64,000 bases of DNA from the human T2T-CHM13v2.0 reference genome, Homo sapiens, in NCBI GenBank assembly GCA_009914755.4, contig CP068257.2, positions 33,312,001 through 33,376,000 of the forward strand. Direction: 5' to 3'. The notes under the pieces are model-generated. The model was not told where the DNA came from. It saw only the letters and a list, made by a program, of their open reading frames with translations, and made no database searches. The translations under genes were made by a program, and so were the position numbers. Positions within the stretch are counted from its first letter, which is position 1. Every line of letters begins with the position of its first letter. Positions 25,886-38,190 of the stretch are shown piece after piece.

Positions 25886-28800
25886 AGGGCAGTTTTTTAT
25901 TTTTCAAAGTATGGTTGCACAGAAAACCTGCATCAGAAATACCCACAGGACTATTACACTGCAAATCACTGTGTGCCCATCTGGAAGCTACCGAATCCAG
26001 ATCTTTGTGGGTGGGAGGAAGTCTATTTTTTTTTTTTAAAGTTATCCAGGGGACTCTTACACTTACTAAAGTTGGAGGATGATTGTTCTAAGCAGTTGTG
26101 AGGATTGCATGAGACAATACGAACAAAGACTTTAGGACTATATCTGGCCCATGGTAAGTGCTCCATATATGGAAGCAATTATTTTTATCATTAGAGCACA
26201 CTGTGGTGTAGAATAACTTGGTCAGAAAAGCTAGGCAAGTCCATGAAGGGGAAAAAGGGAGATGGCATTACTCTTTCTCAGGATTATAACTCTGAACTCA
26301 AAGGGAGCCAAGAGGGCAGGCACACTGAATGTAACCCGATTTGACTTAAACGGAAGACTGAGGCAAATCATTGATGTGTTGAGTATTCAGCAACAGAATA
26401 ACAACCTGAAAACAGATGAAGGAGAAGGTTGCTGTCCTAACAGCAAAATCCCTTAAGACTCCCAGGCTTTCCGAAGGTGAATTTTTAAGCATTGATGGAA
26501 ATGCGTTAATGAGCATATAAAATTGTGGTTGAATGGTGACCACCATGCCTGAAGCTCTGTTGAAAAATTATTGACAGCTATATTGCTTATTCCTGTAGTG
26601 GTTAGGAAATGAAATGCCTTTCTCTAATCAAGTAATTGCATTAAGGAGCTACTGGGAACATTTGGTTGCTTTTCCGGAATAGGCAAGAAGTCAACTGCAC
26701 TTCAACCAGGTTAACTGTCAAGAGGAGTTTGGCTCAAATTTCTTTTAGTTCAACTAACATCTTTTTTTTCCTCATGCATATGCAAGCAAAAGTATAAAAA
26801 TAAATTCAGCTAATAGCCAAAACAAAACAGCACATTTGTAGTAAATCCTGCCTGTTTCTGAAATAAAATTCAGCAAAAGATGTGTTTTTGTTTTTTCTGT
26901 TTAAGGGAGAGATGGTGGAGATGTGGGTTTTGGCACAAACCTTAAACCCTAAAATGAGCTGCAACACAGGTGGAGTGAGATGGATTTCCAGTGACTAAGG
27001 CAGACAGCGTCATGCCCAGCTTTAACTGTGTGAAGATTCATTGTGAATTTTGCCATAGCCCAAGCAGAAAGAAGATACATTTTCTGGTTACAATAGTTTT
27101 GGTTGGCAGAATTTACCTGAAAATTCACTCAAAAAAGTCTCTCATTTGAAAGATGAACTGGTAGAGAATTGTGAACATACAGAACAAGGATATAAGTAGA
27201 CAGAACACAGTCATTTTTTTGTTGAAGTTGTTACTGTGAAATTTCAAGCTCCTTGGGTCTTCGAAAGGCCACTTTTATGTCTGCAGCTCCATAGAGATAC
27301 AACCACTGAAATAAAAAACACAGTGACTGGGCCATTTTGTTTACACAGTGCCACATTCTTGGCCAGTCTTGTTTGTCACCAAATGGCCTGATGAATGCTG
27401 TTTTGATGTCACGCCCTAGATACCACTTTGTGTTTTTGTGCTCTTGGGCATGAATGGGTGACTAGCTCACTCATGGGCTGTGGCTCTAAGGCCCCTGGTT
27501 ACTGAGCAAAGTTGATCTGAATTGCTAGAACATTTGAGCCCATTTGCCCCATCCTGCTCGTTCTCCTCCTCTTCCTCTTTTTCTCTCCCATATATACAGT
27601 GATATGCAGGGCATACCACTACATCATAGATCTCAGTCCTCAAAGCTTACAAAATTACTTCCATTTGTGAGGTAAACTAACTCTTGTTCCTCAGTCTTGA
27701 ATTTACCCACCAGGCTTGCTGCAAAGAATGAGCTTAAAAATAACCTGATGATTTCCACGTGGCAGGGCCACGGGTTACAGAGCACAGCCTGTGCCCCTAG
27801 GACAGGCACCCACATTGTTCTTTTTGGAAGGAGTGGATCTGATGCCAGGGAAAGGTGACACAAGAAAGAAGCTGGCCACGAAGCCTCTGAGCTTTGTGAC
27901 CTGATGCTCACCTGACGCATGGCCAGGCTGTCTCCTCTCTGCCAAATAGGGAGAGAAACTCTGACTTGGCCGACATCGTGGGTGTGTTAGGTAATATTTG
28001 CCAACTGCTTTGAAGATGAAAAGCGTTATGGGGCACTAAATGTGATAATTATCAATTATAAAACCTCACTACTCCCTGGAACACTAGGGGCGAATGAGCA
28101 GGAAATATAAATGTTTGTGACAGGAAGCCAGGAGCCAGGATGGCTCGTGAAATGTGAAAAGTTCAACACACAGTGCCCTTACCTGGGGCAAGCCAGGAAC
28201 TCATTTGTCTTTGGAAGGTAAATGCTTCCTTGAGCTAACGAGGTGGCCCCCTGAGAGACTACCTTATTAAGTACTCCTGGAATTCTGGGCAAGGGGTGCC
28301 TGTGTACCTCTCCAGTGCCACCTGGGTGCCATGAAAAAAATGTCCCACTTGGAGTTTGGCCTGGGCTTTTCCCTCATCCTTTCTCTATTATCCGAGGATA
28401 ACAGGGTGATAGACTGAAGACCTCTGGGCCGTTCAGATATTCGTACATTCTAGACACACATCATGATGATATTCACACATCATAATCATTGAGCTTTTGC
28501 AAGGATCCCGGAATGAGGCACACACCTCCTCTGGCCATTTGATTGTGTTTATAAACTGAAGTGTTCTTGTCTTGGAAATCTTTAGCCTTTTCAGGGTCAT
28601 CTGGAATCCCGAGGCTGATGTCATGTCCGGCTATCGGCACATGTAGTGTAGGCAGTTTACTCTATGGCTTCATCTGAGGGGTATGGGGCAGGATGTCTGT
28701 CCCAGTAGCCAACCCTTTTGCCCGTCAGGCCACCAATGGGAATTTCTCTTGCCAGTGGTTTGTTTGTACAAGTCTCCCAACAAATGCATCCTTGTAAAGG

Positions 28801-29130
28801 ATGGCGGTAAAATAATAACTCCTTCTAGTTCATCTTTTTTGAAAGACAGACAAATTTGGGGGCACTCAGAAGAATTACAATTATTTACCTCCTGTGAGAT
28901 AAAGGGCTGTCTAACAGGCTGATGTGTGGCCAGGACAAAACAGAGCAGAAACAGTGCCCATTACTGAGCAAGTAGACAACACGGGACTCCAAGTCTAGAC
29001 ACTGCCAGCGCCCAGCTGTGTGCTTATGGCGAACCCCTTCCCCTCCCCTACAGAGGCTCAGTGAACATTCGTAAAATGAAACCAGCCCAGCTAGGCAAAT
29101 GATTTTAAGTCCTTCCTTGCTCTAAAGACT

Positions 29131-30020
29131 CAAACAAATTTACAAGAAAAAAACAAACAACCCCATCAAAAAGTGGGCAAAGGATATGAACAGACACTTC
29201 TCAAAAGAAGACATTTATGCAGCCAAAAGACACATGAAAAAATGCTCATCATCACTGGCCATCAGAGAAATGCAAATCAAAACCACAGTGAGATACCATC
29301 TCACACCAGTTAGAATGGCGATCATTCAAAAGTCAGGAAACAACAGATGCTGGAGAGGATGTGGAGAAATAGGAACACTTTTACACTGTTGGTGGGACTG
29401 TAAACTAGTTCAACCATTGTTGAAGTCAGTGTGGTGATTCCTCAGGGATCTAGAACTAGAAATACCATTTGACCCAGCCATCCCTTTACTGGGTATATAC
29501 CCAAAGGACTATAAATCATGCTGCTATAAAGACACATGCACACGTATGTTTATTGCGGCACTATTCACAATAGCAAAGACTTGGAACCAACCCAAATGTC
29601 CAACAATGATAGACTGGATTAAGAAAATGTGGCACATATACACCATGGAATACTATGCAGCCATAAAAAAGGATGAGTTCATGTCCTTTGTAGGGACATG
29701 GATGAAACTGGAAATCATCATTCTCAGTAAACTATCGCAAAGACAAAAAACCAAACACCGCATGTTCTCACTCATAGATGGGAATTGAACAATGAGAACA
29801 CATGGACACAGGAAGGGGAACATCACACTCTGGGGACTGTTGTGGGGTGGGGGGAGTGGGGAGGGATAGCATTAGGAGATATACCTAATGCTAAATGACG
29901 AGTTAATGGGTGCAGCACACCAGCCTGGCACATGTATACATATGTAACTAACCTGCACATTGTGCACATGTACCCTAAAACTTAAAGTATAATAATAAAA
30001 AAAGACATATCCAAAAAAAA
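29131..30020 (+). mobile_element. L1 (young L1PA-like) 5'-truncated 3' end with poly-A and a 10-bp TSD
   Basis: Encodes [78 protein letters not shown]...[56 protein letters not shown]. The 3'UTR follows (ggtgcagcacaccagcctggcacatgtatacatatgtaactaacctgcacattgtgcacatgtaccctaaaacttaaagtataataataaaaaaa). The TSD aaagactcaa is at 29124-29133 and 30021-30030. Confidence 0.95.
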
Positions 30021-30109
30021 AAAGACTCAATGTTTTTTGAGCTACAGGTCTCCAGTGGTATTGTTAGGGGAACAAAGAAGTGCACTGTGACTTTCCTGGG
30101 AGAAGCTAC

Positions 30110-30262
30110 CAGCTGCGTGACCCTGGGCAAGGTACGCAAGCTCTCTGTCCCTCAGTTCCTTCACCTCAAAATGGGGATAACAATGTATCTACCTCATAGG
30201 ATTCTGAGGATTACACAAGCTAATACTAAGGCATGGAGAACAGTGCCTAGCACATCATAAAT
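30110..30262 (+). mobile_element. MIR SINE
   Basis: ctgcgtgaccctgggcaaggtacgcaagctctctgtccctcagttccttcacctcaaaatggggataacaatgtatctacctcataggattctgaggattacacaagctaatactaaggcatggagaacagtgcctagcacatcataaatgc aligns to the MIR consensus core and 3' region. Confidence 0.65.
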
Positions 30263-31886
30263 GCAGTGTGGATGTTGGTGAATAAATAGAAAGAAAATAA
30301 ACTACAGATTCCTTTGGCAGTTAGAGAGAGACACAGAGTTAAGGCCCTGAAGTGCATTAAAAATAAGACCAGAAGAGAGAAGATAAGAAGACCTGAACGT
30401 ACTAAAGAAGCAAATATTTAGAAAAAGTTAAGGAGCTGGAAGCATCTCATCCGGGTTGGGATGAGTGGTGGTGGGTGGTTCATTTCTTTAGGAACCTGAG
30501 TACCTGAGGGAGAAAGCTCAGCTGGGAACTGGAGTTAGAAGGAAAAAGTATCAAGAGCACTGAGTGCCTCCAGCTGGTCCTAAAGCTGATAAGCCTAGTC
30601 TTCTGGGGAGAGGCTGATCCCTGCTGGGAACCCATCAGTACTGAGGAAGAACAGTGAGGACTAGAGAAGGAGCAATTGTGCAGGGTGGGCAACCTAGTAA
30701 CAGGGTCAAGGGGGCTACCTGGATGAGGAGGGGAGCACCAGGGGTGTAGGACTGGGCTGGCAGGTGAGGTTATGTTCAGAGGGCTCCAGTGGGAAATCTG
30801 GCATGTGGAGGTCGGCTTGCACAGGGGGTCAGCGAGCAGAGACACAGAAGAGCAGAACTCAGTAACACAGGCAGGGGTCCAGCACCAGATCGGGGCATCG
30901 GTCACAAGAGAGAAGCTTGGGGCAAAATCTGGGAATTTCCAGGAACACAGCTGTTCTGTGTGTGGTAGAGACTCAACCATGTGTTCACCAAATCCATTTC
31001 CTGTTCTTCCTGGGTCCATGACTACAGAAATGTCCTGGGCTCCCTGCTGCCCCGGCTCCCGATAGGTGGAAGCTGGCTTGTGACTGAGTCTGACCAGTGG
31101 ACTATGAACAGAAGTGGGGAGCATCCCAGGCTTGGTCCCAAAGGCTCCCCTGCAAGATCCTCCACTCTTACCCTTTCCTGCTGACTGGGTGCAGACCAAC
31201 ATGACACGTTTGGGAGATGGAAGAGCCATGGATGGAAGAAGCTTGGGTCACTGAATCTGATTTGGAACACCTATTTTGGAACATACTGCAATAACTACTT
31301 AGATTTCTGGATTTTGTTGTTACATCTGTCAGTGTTATAAATGTAAACCAGTAAGCTGAGGCTTTCATGGATAGAATCAATCAAAGGTTAAGGTCAAAGA
31401 CATTCTGAGACTTGCCCAGCCTTAAGATGAAGCAATAGAGGGCCCTTTGGTGCTTGGTGGCTGCAACCGTGGCTGAGTTCTAGGAGGCAGTTTATTTTTT
31501 GTTGCTTGTGTATAATTTTTACCCCAAGAATCCCTTATGGTGCTGGCTGTGACCGATGAACAAACTCTTAGTGTTTAATGTGTGTGTCTGTAAACACAGG
31601 GAGAAGGGAAAGCTGCCTGAAGATTGGACAAAGAGCCTTGTAAATGTCTTGGGGTGAATGACAATGGGAAGATTAGGAGGAGTCTGCTGGGGAGCTGCCT
31701 GCAAAGGTCCCCTCTTATTCAGGAATTGTATCATCAGCTGAGTCCTTTGGAATTAGCAGACAGTTGTGAAGATAAAATAGTCTTGTAGCATAAGAAGCCG
31801 TAGGTAGTCTGGGAGCTATAAAAGCTCCTCATTAGTGACAAGATTTTAACAAAACCAAATAAATTTTAAGAAACAAGGACATTCAT

Positions 31887-32220
<334 letters not shown>

Positions 32221-32680
32221 CTAAATATTTTGACTCACTACATGAGAGAGTGACAAATTGTGATATCTGAAGAAAAGTCTGGGTAAAATTTCCACAACAG
32301 ACTTTGCAATTTAGTGATTCTGATCATCTGAACTTCAGTTCCTTGTAGCTTGTGAAGAGCCTATCACTTTCTTTAACAATGTATTAGCAGGACAGAGGAA
32401 AGTGACTTTAAGGCAAGCAGTAGCAGCTCGTATATTTTACTAATAACGACACCTGGCCGTAAGTCAGGCGGTTACAGTCCCTAGGTGAGCAACAATTTTA
32501 GTCATGACACACAGACAATATTCTTTGCCAAATAAATTTTCCATAAGAAGAGGGAGGACCAGGCATATTTGGTGTTGAAGGATTGATTCCTATTTTTCAG
32601 TAAATTATGTCTCTAAATTAGTGTGCTTCTGTCAGTATGCATTCTGGTACATTCAACAGTTCTTATTGTTTTTAGTGGAA

Positions 32681-32987
32681 TTTTTTTTTCTTTTTCCTTT
32701 TGTGAGACAGAGTCTCACTCTGTCACCGAGGCTGGAGTGCAGTGGCATAATCACAACTCACTGTAGCCTCAATCTCCTGGGCTCAAGTGATCCTCCCATT
32801 TCAGCCTCCTGAGTAGCTGGGACTACAGGTGCATGCCACCTTGCCTGATTAATTTTTGAAAAAAAATTTTTTGTAGAGACTTGCTATGTTGCCCAGGCTG
32901 GTTTCAAACTCCTGGGCTTAAGTGATCCTCCTGCCTTGGCCTCCCAAAGTGCTGAGATTATAAGCATGTGCCACTGTGCCCAGCTGT
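32681..32987 (-). mobile_element. Alu SINE, minus orientation
   Basis: tttttttctttttccttttgtgagacagagtctcactctgtcaccgaggctggagtgcagtgg ... gctgagattataagcatgtgccactgtgcccagct. Confidence 0.95.
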
Positions 32988-34689
32988 AAGTTGTATTTAA
33001 ATTCTTTTTTTTCCATTTATAGATTGTTTTGATGTTTGAGAAGTTCATTGCACTGTTTGCTCCCACTAAATATTTTTAAACATTTAGGAAGAAGAGGCTG
33101 TGTTTCGCCTGAGGCAAAGGACTGAGAACTCCACAACTAAGAGTTTGTTTAGAACTCAAAACAGGATGTTCTGTTTGACCAAAAGAAAGTTTCTTTCTCT
33201 GCTTTTCATTCTCCTGTTAACTCTTCCCTTTTGCTAGCATATAAAAGATAATATCACCAAACAGCCAGTAAAGGAACGACTTATAAAAATTTGTAGTAAT
33301 CTGGCAAGATTTTTCCCTTCTATTTTGTTAAATCTTAAGATTGCTCAACCATTGATGTGATTGTTGTTTGTGTGTTTTTTTCTTTACCACGCCACCCTGG
33401 CATTTTGAGGCTGTGCTTGGGTGAAAAAGTTAAGCCAAAAGATCTCGGCTATACAGTCCAAATCCAGATTTATGCACCACGCAAGTTTCCACTCCCTCGT
33501 TCACAGACATACGCATTCGCGTTGCAATCATTTTGCAAAGGGTGATTCAGAGATGGGGAACATGGCGTTTCTTCTGAGAAGCAAATGAGTAGGTTGACCC
33601 ACAGTGCTCACTTTCCTGCCTCACCGTTGTCACTGTCCTGACAACCTTGGTGAGTTTGGCTATGGGAATAAAATCTGAATATGTATTCTTGAACTTTGCC
33701 ACCACATCACAGGCCTGCCCTATTATCATCTAAGAGAGCCCCCAGCAAACGGAGGGAAGGAGGAAACACCCTTGCCCAACATCAGCACTTTGTTCTCAAT
33801 GAGTTTTAAAAGCTCCGAAGGCGGTTCTAAGGAGCAGTCAAGGCTGAGAACTCTGTTAACAGAGCACAGGTTAGACTGCAGTCCTCCTGGGACAGGGCTG
33901 GGACTCTGGTGTTTGTATCTTTAAGCGCTCAGCCCAGCAGGCAGCACAGAAGAAACGCCCACGAAGAACCTAGGGTGCGAAGGAGCACACTCTTTGGTTT
34001 CCAAAGACCAGTCCTGGCTTCCCTGAACCCTGAACCACTGCTCTGTGTTTATGGCCAACTGGGACGAAGGTGCTGGGTCCACGTGGAAGATGACACTCCT
34101 CCCCCCGGCACATCTGCAGAGAGGCTGTCCAGGACAGTAGTGGCCTTTTAAAGCTCCTGCAGAGAGGAGTCCTTGTAAGACCAGGTTGCTGCTACGTGAG
34201 GATGAAAAAGCCCAGAACTGAGAGTCGTCTCTCGTCCTAGTTTGGCCACTGACTGAGCAGCTCAGTATTGGTCACTGAACCTCAATGTTTTCAAATATGA
34301 TGTGAGCTGGTTGCACTCAGAGGTTCAACATCCATCCTTCTATTTGCCCAGCAACCATGGGAGAAGGAGAAGAAAAGACCTGAAATAAGGGAACTTTGAC
34401 AGCCAAGGGTGGCCTTTGATTCTCCCTCCCTTGATCTGTAAGTTGTTCAAGCTATAGTCCACCCCCAAGAAGTATCACAACTGGGCAGGTCCGGAGGCGA
34501 GACAAGATGTGGATTTTGACGGTGAATCAATGGGGCATTATTCAGCACAGCTGTCTCTACCCCGACGCTGAAACAGGGAGATCCAGAGCACAGTTAATGT
34601 GAGAGCAGATTCCTCCAGAAGGGAGGCTTTCGAGAGACCCACTGGGCCTGACTGTCAGGTACAAGGAACCCTGAGCCTGGCACAAGCAA

Positions 34690-34810
34690 GCAGCACACCT
34701 GATCTCTGTATATTCTAAGAGCCTGCATGCCTCAATTTCAAATAGATAAAGTTTATCATGTAGATGGAAGATTGGGATGGCATTCATTCATTCATTCATT
34801 CATTCCAGGT
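34690..34810 (-). mobile_element. L2/MIR-type 3' tail fragment, minus orientation
   Basis: cattcattcattcattcattcc is the reverse complement of the (gaatga)n tail typical of L2/MIR 3' ends. The adjacent tttcaaatagataaagtttatcatgtag resembles the reverse complement of ..gctcaataaat. Confidence 0.35.
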
Positions 34811-35000
34811 TTTACCCCTGTACTCACAGAACTGATGAGGGAGAGGAAGTATCAGCCACTGCGATAAGGGTCTAGCCCAGTTGGGGGATACGTGCTGACC
34901 ACTGGAGGAACAGAGAACAACCAACAAACTCAACCAAGTGACCTGGAACAAGTGATGCCAACAGCAGCACCATGGAAGCTGAACTCAAGAAGTTCAGATG

Positions 35001-35370
<370 letters not shown>

Positions 35371-35684
35371 CTAGAATTACAGACACGCCCTATGCCTTCA
35401 TGTTGAAGAAGTACAAAGTTGAGGGAGGCAGAGGTGAGGAATCAGCCTTGTAGGTGGTGATGTCTCAGAGAGGAGCAAAGAGTAAGGAAAAGTAGTATGA
35501 TGGTTTCTGATCCAGTGTCTGCCACAAACCAGCTTTGTGACCAGGTGAATTATGTCCTCTGGGCCTCAGCTTCCTCACCTGCGCATTGAATGCAAAATAC
35601 CTATGATCTCTTCTGACTTGCCCTGAGGGCATGATGGCTGGCTAGACAAGCACCAACACCCACAATGCTCTCAGCACACACGTA

Positions 35685-36062
35685 CACACAGGCTCACACT
35701 CACACGCATGCACACTTATGCTTGCACCTATGTGCTTGTACACATGCATGTACTCATTCACACACGCACCCTACCACACACAAGCACACTCACATACGTG
35801 CACACACCAATGTAGGCAGGGATGTGAATACACACACATGCTCACACACAGCCTTCCATGCACATGCTACATCCACACATACATGCTCATGCACACGCAC
35901 ATACACTCCTTTCCATGCACTTTCACACAAGTGCACAGTCCCCCACAACATGCACACTCTCACATATGCACACATACTCATATGCTCCCGCACGTGCACA
36001 CACACAGCCTCACACACATGCCAACACACTGCCATGCACATCCACACATCTACACACACAGA
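35685..36062. repeat. Complex CA-rich low-complexity block (degenerate CACACRYRCACAC units)
   Basis: About 380 bp of cacacacgtacacacaggctcacactcacacgcatgcacac... It generates the H/T/C-rich spurious ORFs at 35665-36194 (+) and 35790-36083 (-). Confidence 0.9.
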
Positions 36063-36279
36063 TCTGAGTGCCCTATAATCCACACTTTATTTCCAAATTT
36101 TCAGAAAGCAGTAACAGACCAGTCAGGAAAGGAAAATAAAAATCATCTGGAGCGTTTTTATGCAATCCTGATGATCTCGCAGCCTCGGGTTTAGTCTCTT
36201 TTTCCACTGCGTAGGGCCAGATACTTCCGTTTTTACATAGGTACCTCTTTTAGGGAGACAAAGCATTAAGAGCAATGAG

Positions 36280-36365
36280 CCAAGAGAAGAATTTGAAACA
36301 AAAGAAAAAAACACGAAAAAGAAAAAAAGAGAAAAAAAGCTTTTCCCATTCATGGCAAAAAAATA
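36280..36365. repeat. A-rich/(GAAAAA)n low-complexity tract
   Basis: aaacaaaagaaaaaaacacgaaaaagaaaaaaagagaaaaaaagc. Confidence 0.7.
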
Positions 36366-36924
36366 AAAAGGATGTTTGGAGTGTTCATGCAGGATATTTG
36401 TATAAAGAACTGCATGTCCTTGTTTACTTTCTGTGGAGCCCCATTTCCTCCCTAGAATTCCTGGTGGTCATACTCACCAGTTATGGGACTCTCGAGATGA
36501 AAATCTGTGACACAGAGCACACACACACACACCCAGGCAGGGGAGTCCTGTGAAGCTGGATGCTCTGAAATCTAGGGCATTTCCGAATCAAGTATCTACC
36601 TCCTTGTGCCTTGCCATTCTCTGACCTGGCCCCAGAGCTGCAAAGAGAAGCTGAGGAGGACATTGCTAAGGGTCACACCTGGTGACACCTGTGTGGCCTG
36701 TGGTTAACAGTTTGGGAAAGTAAGCATCCTCACTGCTGCATGCCAGGACAGGGATGGCTATGTGCCAGCCACATCCCAGGGCGGTCTCGATGGAGCAGTC
36801 CCCTCCTGTGGGTCTCTGATGTCCCCAGGAGAAAGGCACATTGGTGAGGTCTCACATTCAGTTACATAGTGCTCTTGCATTTCTTACCCCACTTCATCTG
36901 CACACTTCTATACATTAGATAGAG

Positions 36925-37020
36925 CCCTGTTTTACAGATCAGAAAACTGAGGCTGAGAGTGGTTAATTTGCCCAAGATCACAAGGCAAGAAAGTAGTGGA
37001 GCTTAAATTTGGATTTTCAT
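36925..37020 (-). mobile_element. MIR SINE fragment
   Basis: ttttacagatcagaaaactgaggctgagagtggttaatttgcccaagatcacaaggcaagaaagtagtggagc resembles the reverse complement of the MIR core. Confidence 0.55.
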
Positions 37021-37184
37021 TATCTAAGTCCAAACGTTGTTCTTTACCTTGCATCATGAATAATAATTAAAATAATAATAAATGATAAGCAAACATTTTT
37101 CAAGGGTTTACTAAGTGCCTCACGCCACTTTAAGTGCATTCTATGGATCAATTTATTTAACCTTACAATGCTATGAGGTGGATA

Positions 37185-37270
37185 CTTTTATTATCCCCAG
37201 TTAGCAGATGTGGAAATCAAGCTCCAAATGGTTAAGCCACTTGCCTAAAGCCACATGGCCAATGAAGGGA
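37185..37270 (-). mobile_element. MIR SINE fragment
   Basis: ccagttagcagatgtggaaatcaagctccaaatggttaagccacttgcctaaagccacatggc is MIR-core like. Confidence 0.4.
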
Positions 37271-37809
37271 GAAGAAGATGCTTTGGTTTACTGCCCTGCT
37301 GTCCAGAGGAAGGCGTGAGGTAGCCCCCAACCCACACCCCCTCACTGACTGCTTTCAATGTACAACACCATAAGTATCTCACTCTGTCATGGACATTCAG
37401 AGAAGGCTTCACGCCACCAATCAATGACAACTTACTTTTTCCCCAAGGATCAGATAATTGATCTGATTATGCGTTTGCTGCAAATGGAAATTAACATCAT
37501 TTGCCCTTCTATTTATTTTTGCTTTTCCCACTGAAAATGCTATTATGGTTATATACGCCATAAAAGAATTGTAGTAATGTTGTATCTACATTAATTTCCA
37601 CCCAAGAGTTTTCGATTTTCACTTTTTATGGTGATGGAGGCTACAAACGAGAGAACTGCAGTGGCTGTAAATCGTTCTCTTCATGAAAATGTGCCAGATG
37701 AGGTGAAGGAAGGAGAGCGCAGGGGTCCTAAGAGTAAGGGCATATTTAAAAAATAAAAAGATTATTCATGCAATTATCCAATTTCTTCAGTAAGTGGAAA
37801 AAAATCTTA

Positions 37810-38190
<381 letters not shown>

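Noticed and set aside
35665-36194. His/Thr/Cys-rich ORFs of 137-158 aa on both strands that resemble metal-binding repeat proteins
   Set aside because: They are produced entirely by translating the degenerate (CA)n/(CACRYG)n block in different frames. Every frame on both strands is open there, which is diagnostic of a simple-repeat artifact.
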